Source: an uncultured Gemmatimonadales bacterium (GTDB lineage Bacteria > Gemmatimonadota > Gemmatimonadetes > Gemmatimonadales > GWC2-71-9). From it: 64,000 nt of DNA. The translations under genes and the position numbers were made by a program. The DNA lies in the NCBI GenBank assembly GCA_963842945.1, contig CAWJIM010000021.1:288001-352000 (forward strand), in the 5' to 3' direction. Below, one piece after another: positions 46,847-56,992 of the stretch. The notes below the pieces were generated by a model. It was not told the origin of the DNA. It saw only the letters and a list, made by a program, of their open reading frames with translations, and made no database searches. Within the stretch, counting starts at the first letter, position 1. Every line of letters starts with the position of its first letter.

Positions 46847-48325
46847 ATGACCTCCGAGCCCGAGTCCACTGCCCTCCTGCTCACCACCTGCGGCGTCCTG
46901 CTCGGCGTGAGCGTGGTGTTCAGCCGGGCATCCCAGCGGACCGGTGTGCCCATCGCGCTGCTCTTCATCCTCGTGGGAATGCTGGCCGGCTCCGAGGGGC
47001 TGGGCCACATCGCCTTCGACGACTATCGCTTCGCCTTCCGGGTGGGCACAGTTGCCCTCGCGCTGATCCTGTTCGATGGCGGACTCAACACGCCACTCAG
47101 CGCGGTCCGCAAGGCCGCCGCCCCAGCCGGCGTACTGGCAACCGCGGGTGTCGCGGGCACGGCGCTGTTGGTGGCGGTCGGGGCAAATGCCGTTGGACTG
47201 GGTTGGCCGGAGGCGTTGCTCCTCGGCGCCGTGGTCTCGTCCACCGATGCCGCAGCCGTCTTCTCGGTGCTCCGCGGCAGCGGACTTCAGCTCAAGCGGC
47301 GGGTCGGCGTCACCCTGGAAGTAGAGTCGGGCATAAACGACCCGGTGGCCTTCATCCTCACCACGGTGCTCACCGGTAATCTGCTCCAGCCGGGCTCGGC
47401 CGCGGGCCTCCGCATCCCGCTCGAAATCCTGTTTCAGCTGATAATCGGCACCGCGGTGGGAGCCGGTGCCGGTTATGGCGGTCGCCATCTCCTGTCGCGG
47501 CTCCGCCTGTCGGCCGGTGGCCTCTATCCGGTACTGACGCTGGCGCTGGGGCTCAGCGCCTTCGGCGCGGCAACCCTGCTGCACGGAAGCGGTTTCCTGG
47601 CGGTGTACCTGGCCGGACTGCTGCTGGGCAACGGTCCCCTGCCCTATCGCACCGGACTCCTTCGGGTGCACGACGCTCTCGCCTGGCTGAGTCAGGTCGG
47701 CATGTTCCTGATCCTGGGACTGCTGGTGTATCCCTCCCGCCTGCTCGACGTGGCAGCTATCGGCCTCGGCCTCGCGCTGCTGCTCGCGATAGTCATCCGT
47801 CCGCTGGTGGTCGCGCTGTGCCTGCTTCCCTTTCGCTATCCCGGGAGGGAGGTGCTCTATATCGGCTGGGTGGGACTTCGCGGAGCGGTTCCCATCGTGC
47901 TCGCCACCTTCCCGGTGCTGGCCGGTGCTCCTGGTGCCGGCCGCCTGTTCGATCTGGTGTTCTTCATGGTGGTGGTGACCGCGCTGGTTCCCGGCGCCAC
48001 GGTAGCCTGGGTCACTCGCCGGCTCGGCCTCCAGAGCAAAGAGCCGCCCGCGCCTCAGGCCGTCCTCGCCATCGAATCGCGCCAGCCGCTCCAGGGTGAG
48101 CTGATGTCCTTCTATATAGATGAAGCGCTGGTGGTAGCCGGAATGCCGGTGGGAGAGCTGCCGCTGCCTGAAGGATCGGCCGTGACGCTCATCGTGCGGA
48201 ACAACCGCCTGCTTCCCCCGGCTGCCGATACGCGGCTGGAGCCGGGAGACCACGTGCATCTGATCGCCCAGCCGGAGGACCGGGGGCTGATTCAGCTGAT
48301 GTTCGGCAGACCCGAGGAGGAGTGA
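46847..48325 (+). CDS. K+/H+ antiporter NhaP2/CvrA-like with C-terminal TrkA_C (RCK_C)
   Basis: ILFDGGL.T, VSSTDAAAVFS.LR, LE.ESG.NDP.A, GSGFLAVY, WVGLRGAVPI.LA. Confidence 0.92.
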   Translation: MTSEPESTALLLTTCGVLLGVSVVFSRASQRTGVPIALLFILVGMLAGSEGLGHIAFDDYRFAFRVGTVALALILFDGGLNTPLSAVRKAAAPAGVLATAGVAGTALLVAVGANAVGLGWPEALLLGAVVSSTDAAAVFSVLRGSGLQLKRRVGVTLEVESGINDPVAFILTTVLTGNLLQPGSAAGLRIPLEILFQLIIGTAVGAGAGYGGRHLLSRLRLSAGGLYPVLTLALGLSAFGAATLLHGSGFLAVYLAGLLLGNGPLPYRTGLLRVHDALAWLSQVGMFLILGLLVYPSRLLDVAAIGLGLALLLAIVIRPLVVALCLLPFRYPGREVLYIGWVGLRGAVPIVLATFPVLAGAPGAGRLFDLVFFMVVVTALVPGATVAWVTRRLGLQSKEPPAPQAVLAIESRQPLQGELMSFYIDEALVVAGMPVGELPLPEGSAVTLIVRNNRLLPPAADTRLEPGDHVHLIAQPEDRGLIQLMFGRPEEE

Positions 48326-49013
48326 CTCGCCAGCAGGCTCAGAGCCAGCGTGTCCTGAAAGGCGTGGGCCACCACCACCGGCCAGAGCCGCCTTGTGCGA
48401 ACGTAGTACAGCGTGAAGACAATTCCGACCGGTAGCACCGTCACCAGAGCCAGCGGGCCCTGGTACCCATGAGCCAGGAGCCGGAGAGCGGCGCTGAAGG
48501 TTCCCGCCACTCCCATTCCGAACCGGCGGAAGGCGGCAAAGCCGAGGCCCAGCCAGAGCAGCTCTTCGAACACCGCATTGATGATCGAATAGGCGAGTGA
48601 CAGCGAGAGCCGGGGACCGCCCAGGATCTCGGTCTCCTTTGCCACCGCGAAGAGGTGGGGAAACACCGTGCGGCAGACCAGCACCCAGAGCGCCACCGCT
48701 CCAACGGCGCAGGCCCAGAGGACCATTCCGCGGGCGAGATCGAGCGGCTGAAACGGGTAGGTGGCGGTTTTGAGCGGCCGCCAGCCACGGCGCCAGAGCC
48801 AGTAACCGATGGTGACTGCGAGCACCAGCTCGATCGCGACTCGCCTCAGCAAGCACCGTATCGCTCAAGGCGATGGGCCGCGGCACTGCCGTCCTTGTAC
48901 GAGAGGGCAGACGGCAGGAGCATCAGCGCAACCGGAAGCAACAGGCCTACGGCCGCAACCCGTTCGGAGAGCTGCTCCGGGGGTAGCGCCGAGCTCGCAG
49001 GCGGGTCGGTCAG
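48292..49013 (-). CDS. CPBP family intramembrane glutamic endopeptidase; apparent frameshift near 48870; possible CTG start
   Basis: FEELL..G, H.YQG, RRLWP.VVAH...D; N-terminal TM helix in the adjacent frame. Confidence 0.78.
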
Positions 49014-49195
49014 CGCGTTGGAGATTGCCGTTCCACCGCTGGGGACAGGTCGAGCTTTCGCATGGCGTCCACCGCCACCTCCCATGCCCCCTCAGCGCAA
49101 AGACCGCGCACCGCAGCATCTTCATACGCCGCCAATGCCGCGCGGATCAGCTCGGCCCGGACCCGCTCGGTCATCCGCTGAGTCTCAGGCTCCAT
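49010..49195 (-). CDS. Small conserved-looking protein (AYEDA...GLC.EGAWE motif)
   Basis: Overlaps the DUF3565 gene; helical motif with a central Cys. Confidence 0.7.
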   Translation of the reverse strand: MEPETQRMTERVRAELIRAALAAYEDAAVRGLCAEGAWEVAVDAMRKLDLSPAVERQSPTR

Positions 49196-49403
49196 CGCCC
49201 GTTCCCTCAGCCCGGCATAAGCCACAGGTCAGCCTCGTGCCGAGCCGGCTGCCTCGACCCTCGCTGGAGAGCACCCACGCGCGCTCCTGCCAGGGAGGAT
49301 CGTGCCGCACGTGCTGGTTGTGACCGCAGTCGAGCTCCGCCACCCAATCACCCTCCTGGTCCTGATGGAAACCAATAATGAGCCGCTCGGAGCTTGCCTT
49401 CAT
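49185..49403 (-). CDS. DUF3565 domain protein
   Basis: GFHQD.EG.WVAEL.CGH.QHVRH.PPW..R.WV...G...LG..L.C..C. Confidence 0.85.
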   Translation of the reverse strand: MKASSERLIIGFHQDQEGDWVAELDCGHNQHVRHDPPWQERAWVLSSEGRGSRLGTRLTCGLCRAEGTGDGA

Positions 49404-49445
49404 CGATAAACATCGGTGCTAAGAATGTTGAAGGTTCCGTCTGCC

Positions 49446-50471
49446 TCAGGGCTTGAGCACCGTCCACTCGATTTCATTCAGCAGATTTCCAACCGCCTCC
49501 GCGGAGTCGCTGGTGTAGGAGAAGCAGCCGGGTCCACCCGTAGCGCTGACCCCATCCAGCCGACCTACCGTATTGCGGACCCAATCGTCCTCAGTAACGA
49601 GCGCCGGAGACAGAACTTCACCTGGTAGGGCTTCTCCAGCTTGAGCGGGCGGAGCTCGGCCGCCTTCACCCGTCGGACCGCCCGTGCGGCGGCCTGCCGC
49701 AGCAGCCGGTGGACCGTTGCCGGCGGGAGGACTGCCGCCGCGGAACGGGAGAAGGCGGTCTTGGTGGTAACCGTCTCCAGCGGTCCCAGCATCTCCCGCG
49801 TCTCCCTGGTGAGCACGTCGTCGCCACTGGCCAGGGCCATGGGCACGCCCATCTCGCCGCCGATGAACCCCGCAATGCCTGCCTCGTTGAGCGGCTTGCC
49901 GTTCACGGTAAAGGAATCGAAGGCGAAGTTGTGCGAGATGACTCCCGGACTTCCGGCGTTGGCGTGGGCGCCGACGATCATCATCGCATCTACCATCGGG
50001 ATTCATCCCGGTGGACATCACGATCGGCTTGGGATAGCCGCGGATCAGGATCGCCTCCGGATCGAGCCGGTCGACCAGAATGTTGCGGAACAAGGTTCCG
50101 CCATGTCCCTCGTTCACGATGAACTGGGTGGCGCCGGCCGACCGGGCGCCCGCGATCAGCGCATTCACCTCATCGGTCAGCTCCTGGCGAAAGCGCTCGT
50201 GCTGGGGCGACCCGCCCCGGCTCACCGGACGCATCTCGGTGGCATTCCGCACCACCCCGGCCAATCCCTCCATGTCGGCGATGATGTACACGCTGAAGCC
50301 ATCGCGCTGCATGTCCTGCTCCAGCTTTTCCCTCGCCTGGCGATACTCGGTGACTCCGAACGCGGCGGCCGGCGGCGTGGTGTCGCGCGGCGCGCTGTCG
50401 CGGGCAGGTTGTCCCTGGGCCCAGACCCGCGTGGCAACCAGGAGCGCGGTGACGGAGAGGAGCCGGATCAT
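49446..50471 (-). CDS. M55 family (DppA-like) peptidase B, exported; apparent frameshifts near 49997 and 49595
   Basis: Signal peptide; ADMEG, VNEGHG, GAHANAG, HNF, LNE, SGDD; ATGA overlap. Confidence 0.82.
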   Translation of the reverse strand: MIRLLSVTALLVATRVWAQGQPARDSAPRDTTPPAAAFGVTEYRQAREKLEQDMQRDGFSVYIIADMEGLAGVVRNATEMRPVSRGGSPQHERFRQELTDEVNALIAGARSAGATQFIVNEGHGGTLFRNILVDRLDPEAILIRGYPKPIVMSTGMNPDGRCDDDRRRPRQRRKSGSHLAQLRLRFLYRERQAAQRGRHCGVHRRRDGRAHGPGQWRRRAHQGDAGDAGTAGDGYHQDRLLPFRGGSPPAGNGPPAAAAGRRTGGPTGEGGRAPPAQAGEALPGEVLSPALVTEDDWVRNTVGRLDGVSATGGPGCFSYTSDSAEAVGNLLNEIEWTVLKP

Positions 50472-51453
50472 CGGAGCACCGCCTCTTCGATGGCGTCCAG
50501 CAGCCAACCCATCTGCCGCGCGCTGTCGGTCACGTAGCTGAAGTGCCGGTCGCCTTTGCGCTCCAGCTTGAACTCCTGCGAGCCCTGCCACCGCCTGAAC
50601 GATGCTGTCGGCAAAGGTTCGCCTGAGCGCAAACTCGACCCGGTAGGGCCGCTCCATGGTGAACGGCTTGAAGTCGCCCCGAAGCTCTCGCTTGACCGCC
50701 TCCGCGGCCCCGTTCTGCAGCATCCGCCTGACCTTGGCCGGGCTGTAGGTGATAGCAGCGCTTCGGCCCACCGCCCGCTTGGTCACGATGGCGACAAAGC
50801 CGTTCGGCAGCATTTTCTTGGTCTCGTCGATCAGGACGTCGTCTCCACTCACCAGCGAGACCGACACGCCGAGCTCGCCGGCGATCAGGGCGTTGATCCC
50901 CACCTCGTTCAGCGGCTTGCCGTTCACCGTGAAGGTGTCGAAGGCAAAGTTGTGCGCCAGCACGCCGGGACTGCCCGCGTTGGCGTGGGCACCGGTGAAC
51001 ATCAGGGTGCCGAAGCTGCTGTCGATCCCGGTGACCATCACCAGCGGCTTGGGAAAGCCCCGCACCAGGATCGCCGAGCTGTCCAGCTCCCAGGGCAGCA
51101 CGTTGGCGAACAGGTTGCCGCCGTGTCCCTCGTTCACCACGAAGCTCCTGGCGCCGGCGCTGCGGGCGCCCCGGATCGTGGCGTTCACCTCCCGAGTGAG
51201 CAGCAGCCGAAAGCGGTCCCAGTAATCCGGGCTGGTCAGCTCCTTGTAGCGCTCGCCCTCATTCCCGGCAATGACCTCGTGGATGTCCACCGCGCTTCCC
51301 ATGCCTTCCATATCCGGGACGAGGAACACCCGGAACCCCGGCTCGTGGGGGATCTGCTTGTCGCGGAAGGGGGCCGATGAGCGGCGGCGGCGGATTCTGC
51401 GCCTGGAGCAGCGAGGCCAGGCACAGCAGGGCAGGAACCAGAAGCGGGCGCAT
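50468..51453 (-). CDS. M55 family (DppA-like) peptidase A, exported; apparent frameshifts near 51370 and 50580
   Basis: Signal peptide MRPLLVPALLCLASLLQA-Q; PDMEG, VNEGHG, GAHANAG, HNF, LNE, SGDD. Confidence 0.82.
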
Positions 51454-51478
51454 CAGTTCTCCAGAGGAGGAAGTCGGT

Positions 51479-52463
51479 TCACCGGAAGTACGGCGCGACG
51501 TTTCGGGCAATTCGGTCGAGCTCCTCCGGGGTGAGCGGTAGCCGGCGAATCGCCGCCCATCCCTCCCGCGGCCGGAGGTTCCCACCGACAGCCGCATCCG
51601 AGCCATACAGGACACGGTCCACTCCGACCCGGCGAATTCGCTGCACCATCAGCGCCGCCTGGGCGGCGCTGATGCTCGAGTCCATGATTCCGGCCACGTC
51701 GAACCAGAGATGGCCGGTCCGCGGATCCTTCCGGTGCACCGCCTCGGCCAGGAAGGCCATGACGCTGTCGGCCGGAGGATCGTCGTAGCCGGGACCGGTA
51801 CCGGCGAGATGGGCCACCTGCACCGGAACATCGGGAGCCTCGGGCAGGAGCTGCTCCAGAAAGGCGCGGGCCTGGGTGGGCCCGTAAGGGCGCTTGCGGG
51901 AGATGGACGCCCGCATGTGCAGCACGATGGCCATGCGGTGCTGGTTGGCCGCCCGGAACACCTGGCGGAGCCGCGCGACGTGATCGGGATTCTCCAGCTG
52001 CACGTCCGAGTTCCCCAGGTGAAGCTTGATCCCGCGGTTGAGACCCGGGGTTCTGGCGCAGCGGGCTAGCTCGTCCAGCGCGTAGTCCTTGAGCGGATTG
52101 AAGCTGCAGAAGGCGATCAGCCGGTCGGGGTACTCGGCGGCCTGCCCGGCGGTCCAGTCGTTCTCCGCCCGCACCTTGGCGTACTCGTCCTCGACCGTCC
52201 GCTGTGGACTCCCGTACATGTACGCCACCGAGAGTATCACCGCGCGCCGGATGTGAGCGGAGTCGAGCAGGGGGACCACGTCCCGGGCAGTGAGCGCCGG
52301 GGGAGCGTCGGGCCCTCCGCCGCCGAGCATTGTCACCGCGGCCGGACTGAAGAGGTGCTGATGGTGGTCCGCTACCGGCGCCTGCTGGGCAGCGATGGAA
52401 GGTCGCGCGGAGCATCGCAGCCAGGAGCGCGAGGCGGACCCGCGGCCTGAGGCCCCGCCTCAC
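51479..52463 (-). CDS. Amidohydrolase family protein, exported; apparent frameshift near 52410
   Basis: DHHQH, ENDW, GIKLH, AHL.G, LYGSD; GTGA overlap. Confidence 0.82.
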
Positions 52464-53747
52464 TCCACGAAGGTGGCGCATCCGCTCTCGTCGGTGATCA
52501 CCGCCAGACCTCCGGAGAAGCCGAACGCGATCCGGCGGGGGACGCGGCCGCAGCTGTTGATCGTCCGGGCGATCGTTTTCGAGGCGGCGTCGATCACCTG
52601 GATCAATCCGGGATCGCTGCTGGTGATGACTCCGACATATACGGTCGAGCCATCGGGCGACATGGCCAGCCCGAAGGGGCCGCCGATGCTGGTCGTTGCG
52701 CCCGAGGGAATGGACGCTTCCACGACGTTGCGCACCAGGTTCAACACGTTGATCGCTCCCGAGCCGGCTTCATCGGCGACAAACAGCTCGTTCCCGTCGG
52801 GCGAGAGCGCGAGACCCTGGGGCTCGCCCCCCACGATCAGCAGGCGGGCCACCGACTGGGACGCGACGTCGATCTCGGAGATGGTGCCGGTGGTGAACGA
52901 GCTGGCGTAGAGCAGCGTGCCGCCGGAATTGAATGCCAGGTGGTTCGCCCGGCTGTCGGACACTCCCAGATCGATGGAGCCGGTCACGGTGGACGAGGCG
53001 ACGTCGAACACCAGCACCCGTCCGTCGTTGGTGCCGAGATAGGCGGTCTGGCTGTCGGGCGCAGTGATCGCGGAGAATGCCGGCACATCGAGCGTGCACC
53101 TGGGTCAGGACCTTCTCGGTGGCAAGGTCGATCACGCTCGCATCGTTGGTGTCGGGTCCCGACGGCGTCACCAGAGCGGTGCCGTGCCCCAGCAGCGCAA
53201 TCGAGGTCGGCGTGCCACCGCCCAGGTCTCCGGTGGTGAAGTCACTGACCGGATAGAGACTGGAGGCCACTCTCCCGCTGTTGGTCTGCGAGATGAAGAT
53301 GTGGCCCTCGGCATCTACCGCTACGCCGAAGGGGCCGTCGCCCTGACCGTCCCCGGGCAGCCGGGCCGTTCTGGTGGTGGTGCCGAGCGGGTGGCCCGAG
53401 CCCAGACCGCTGTAGGGGATCACCGTGAGCAGTTCACCGCCGCTGACTCTGATCTCCGCCGGGCCTGCGCCGATGTACGTCACCAGGCCGCTGCCGGAGA
53501 CCGAGGCTCGGCGCGGATCGCTGGAGACGAAACTCAGCTCGACTCCGGGAACCTCCCCGCCGCTCTCGTCGAGGACCTTGGCCGAGAGCTGCCGGGACAT
53601 TCCGAGTCCCATGACCAGTGTGTCGGGGGTGACGTCGAGCGTGTGTGCGGGAGCCGCCGGGGAGGTCAGCTCATCGGAACCGCAGCCCGTCGAAGCGAGA
53701 GCGAGAGGGATTGTGAGTAAGCAGATCAGGCGGCGGAGGTCGTTCAT
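52460..53747 (-). CDS. Lipoprotein with Ig-like domain and YncE/YVTN-like beta-propeller; apparent frameshift near 53093
   Basis: Lipobox STGC; SSDP..ASVS..GLVT; repeated P.GLA.SPDG..L.V blades. Confidence 0.8.
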
Positions 53748-53790
53748 TCTATACCCGGATCTCTGGCGACCGAGGGGCCGCATCAGCTTC

Positions 53791-53931
53791 AGCGATTAAC
53801 CGAATCTAGGCTCAAAAATGAGAACCCGGGAGTTCCAGAATGGGGAGATCAGGCGGCCAGCTTGGTACTGGCAACAACGACTTCATGCGGGTCTTAATAC
53901 CCTTCAAGATTTTGGAGCCTCGCTAATCGCT
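53791..53931. other. Nested inverted-repeat (rod-like) intergenic element
   Basis: AGCGATTA/TAATCGCT, AGGCTCAAAAAT/ATTTTGGAGCCT, ACCCG/CGGGT, GGAGTT/GACTTC, CCAG/CTGG in nested order. Confidence 0.5.
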
Positions 53932-54809
53932 CAGGAACGGGCCCGATTCATCAGCCAGGCGCCGCCCACACAAACCGCAGCTCCCAATATGGACAGCGCG
54001 GCCACGTGCTCGTGCCGCACCAGGACGCCGAGCACGAGCGCCACCGGCGGAATGAGGAACGCGGCGGAGGAAGCGCGGGCCGATCCGACCCGTCCCGCCG
54101 CGATGGTAATTATTACGAACGCGACCCCGGTCCCGAGCACGCCCAGCGCCAGCAAGGCGAGCACCGGCCCGGTGGCCCAGTGCGCGTGCAGGAGATCGGA
54201 AAGTCCCAGTGGAGCTGTGAGCACCAGGGCCGCGGCCTGGGCCCGCCAGACGATCGGTAACGCGCCGTTCCGCTGCTGAAGCGGTCGCGCGAGATTGATG
54301 GCGAATCCATAGGAAATCAGTGCGGCCAATATCAGCAGCACCCCCAGCACGCTGCTCCGGCCCTCGTGCAGCGCCGGCCAAGCCATCAGCACTGCTCCGC
54401 TCATTCCAACCGCCAGACCGCCCACAACTCCGCGCGAGGGAAGTCGTCGAGCCACAACCGCCGCGACCATGACGGCGAACAACGGCACTGCAGCGTTCAA
54501 CATTCCAGTGAGCGCCGAGGAGACCCGCTCTTCGGCGAAGGGAAACATGCTGAGCGGAAACGCCATCCAGACGAGCCCAAGCAGCGCCGTCCCGCCGCGA
54601 TCCGCCTTTGCCACCGGTCGCCGCGCCGCCGGAACCAGCGCGAGCGTCAGAAAGCCGACCAGAATTCGCGCGAAGGTCACACCTTTCGGCCCAACCGATT
54701 GCAAACCTTCGGCAATAAATAGAAATGACGCGCCCCAGATAATCCCCGGCAGGGTAACCAGCAGCCAGTCTGTGCTGCCCTGAGCGGCGGGAGGGGCCGT
54801 GCTCGCCAT
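53931..54809 (-). CDS. DMT/EamA family transporter
   Basis: IWGASF, two EamA repeats, about 10 TM helices, P..A..LG...E. Confidence 0.9.
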   Translation of the reverse strand: MASTAPPAAQGSTDWLLVTLPGIIWGASFLFIAEGLQSVGPKGVTFARILVGFLTLALVPAARRPVAKADRGGTALLGLVWMAFPLSMFPFAEERVSSALTGMLNAAVPLFAVMVAAVVARRLPSRGVVGGLAVGMSGAVLMAWPALHEGRSSVLGVLLILAALISYGFAINLARPLQQRNGALPIVWRAQAAALVLTAPLGLSDLLHAHWATGPVLALLALGVLGTGVAFVIITIAAGRVGSARASSAAFLIPPVALVLGVLVRHEHVAALSILGAAVCVGGAWLMNRARS

Positions 54810-54953
54810 AGTCGGCGTTTCCGAATCGACGGAGGGGTTGGTAGGGCTTCAGGTAGCGTGGGCTCCGCACACCCAGTCCGAATCTTGGCAAGCCGCATTT
54901 GATTAACGGCAGGTGACTTCCGGTGGCCCGTGTGGATTCCGGTGGCCCTGGCC

Positions 54954-55512
54954 TTAGTGGCTGCTGGCGTTGGGATCGGGCTGGAACGTCACAAAGCCGC
55001 CGAGGGTCCAGGTCACTCCGCCATCCCGTGAGCGCTCGATCAATTGTTCGTAGCCGGCCTTACGCGGGACGCCAGGTAAGGCGCACCTGAATCGGGACAC
55101 CTTTATCCAGGCGGGTCCGGAAGAAGCGCCATTCGGCGGCATCCCGTCGTCCCTCGTAGACCTGGGAGTTCAGCTGGTCATCGACATAGTGCACCATCCA
55201 GCGCTGAGTGGAAGCATCGTACGCCCGTATGACCTTCGCGGTGAAGAGCACCTGATCGTCTTTGATCGCTTCCCAGTGCTCCTCCAAGGCACAACGACCA
55301 AACAGCGACTGACTGTGCACCTTCATCAGGGCATCCAACACGGTATCCCGGCCGGAGACACTATAGCTGCGACCCTGCCAGTGGCCTTGAAGGAACGCGA
55401 CAGTCTTGGCCAGGGAGTCGGCACACGCGGGCGGGGCTGAGGCTTGGGCGTGGGCTGCGCCGCCGACACTGGAGAGTAGCGTGGGGAGAAGAAACATTAG
55501 CGGGGGACGCAT
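54954..55512 (-). CDS. Exported DUF1579-like beta-barrel protein; apparent frameshift near 55063
   Basis: Signal AHA-Q; FL.G.W, CAL.E.W, YD....W; the other frame supplies ERSRDGG.TW. Confidence 0.7.
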
Positions 55513-55651
55513 AGGAACTCGTGGAAGGGCTTTTCACCTCTACGGTCTGGCGTGAAATGAAGTTTCGTGGGCTCCATGACCTAAGAGGGTCTTTCCCATT
55601 GGCGAGCCCCGGTGCGATCTTCTCCCAAGGTCATCAGCCCGTAGGAGCAGC

Positions 55652-55924
55652 ATGACAGAGAAGTCTCTCAGGACACTGGTCGCCGGACTCCGCGCGGAAC
55701 TCGCCCAGGCACACGACCTCGATGCCGATGCCCGGGAGGCGTTGCACAACCTGGCTGAGGAGGTCGAGGCGTTGCTTCTACGTCCGGCCGCAGGCTCTCA
55801 GCCGGCGGAACCCCCACTGCGCGATCGTCTGGCTGATCGCGTGACAGAGTTGGAAGCGTCACACCCGGCCCTCTCCAGGACGGTCGGCAACATCGTCGAC
55901 ACTCTGGCCTTCTACAACCTGTAG
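55652..55924 (+). CDS. DUF4404 family protein
   Basis: AGGAG SD; E.SHP.L....NI.D.L C-terminus. Confidence 0.78.
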   Translation: MTEKSLRTLVAGLRAELAQAHDLDADAREALHNLAEEVEALLLRPAAGSQPAEPPLRDRLADRVTELEASHPALSRTVGNIVDTLAFYNL

Positions 55925-55944
55925 CGACGCGCCTGAGCTGAGAC

Positions 55945-56245
55945 GAGGAGGTACGCCGCCGGTGACGATCAGATTGGCGCCGCTGATGTAGCTGGCCAGG
56001 TCGGATGCCAGGAACAACACCGCTTTGGCGATCTCGTCAGCATGGCCCGAGCGGCCAGCGGCATCCGGGTGGTCAGCATCTGGGCGAAGGCCCCGCTATT
56101 CACGCTGGCCTGCAATTGTTCCCGGCCTTGCCCATCGGCGTGTCGGATGCGCCGAACGTGCCGCGGCGTCGGTAGACAGCAGGTTGATGATGCAGCCGCC
56201 GTGACCGGCGCTAATCATCGACCTGGCCGCGAATTGGGCAAGGCG
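55945..56245 (-). pseudogene. Degraded SDR oxidoreductase fragment
   Basis: AQFAARSMISAGHGGCIINLLS then, in another frame, GHADEIAKAVLFLASDLASYISGANLIVTGG; no Rossmann N-terminus and no YxxxK. Confidence 0.75.
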
Positions 56246-56263
56246 TTGCGCCGCCTCGATCGG

Positions 56264-56704
56264 TTACTTGAAGATCAGCTCTCGCAGCTGGCGGTTGCCG
56301 ACGATGTCCCGCATCTCGCTGCGTTTCGCCATCGCCTCCTCGGACTTGTCCAAGGACCCGTACACCTGCCGGGTGATTGGGTCCACCCGATCGCGAAGGT
56401 TGTCCAGCGCCGCCATGTTCTTGTAGTCCGTCGTGAGGACGATGTTCCAGTCGTTCTCGTCCCGGTTATCCGATTGGTACGCTGCCCAGCCGGTGATCAC
56501 CCCCGCCTTCTTCTGCGCCTCCATCTGCTGCTTGTAGGGCCCGGCCAGGAACGTCATGTACTCGTCGAAGTGGCCCGGTTTCACCCGGATGTACTGTACC
56601 TCCCTGACGCCACCATCGGTGTAGGGGCGCGATGTCTGTTGCGCGGCGGCGGGCACTGACAGCACGAGGGCAACGCCAAACAGGGACAGCGAACGATAGC
56701 GCAT
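56264..56704 (-). CDS. Exported hypothetical protein (NIPSNAP-like alpha/beta pattern)
   Basis: GGAGG SD; signal AAA-Q; I.VKPG..DEY, KKAG.I, Y.NMAALD, R...R.I. Confidence 0.75.
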   Translation of the reverse strand: MRYRSLSLFGVALVLSVPAAAQQTSRPYTDGGVREVQYIRVKPGHFDEYMTFLAGPYKQQMEAQKKAGVITGWAAYQSDNRDENDWNIVLTTDYKNMAALDNLRDRVDPITRQVYGSLDKSEEAMAKRSEMRDIVGNRQLRELIFK

Positions 56705-56992
56705 GACTTACCTCCGGAGGGAGCTGCGTGAAGAGACCGGTTTCGACCGCGGGCGTACGCCGTTGCGGCTTTGGATGGTGACGTGGTGCCGAGACTTACA
56801 GGCTGGTACCGGCGCGGTCAATGAGACGACGAGATCAGCGGCTGGCTGCTGTCCTGCCTTGCCGCAGTAACGTTTGGCGCATACCCTCAAAGACCGGTGG
56901 CGGTCTCTCCCCTGGAAAGACAGCGCGTATACCAGTTGCCGCGATCCGCGGTCGCGGATCCGCATTGCCAACCAATGGCCAGGATGATGTGC

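Noticed and set aside
49446..51329. 627-aa double-M55 fusion
   Set aside because: Frameshift artefact; gene A ends at an ATGA overlap (50468-50471) and gene B has its own signal peptide
54918..54948. TTCCGGTGGCCC direct repeat (two copies)
   Set aside because: Only two short GC-rich copies; insufficient to assign a function
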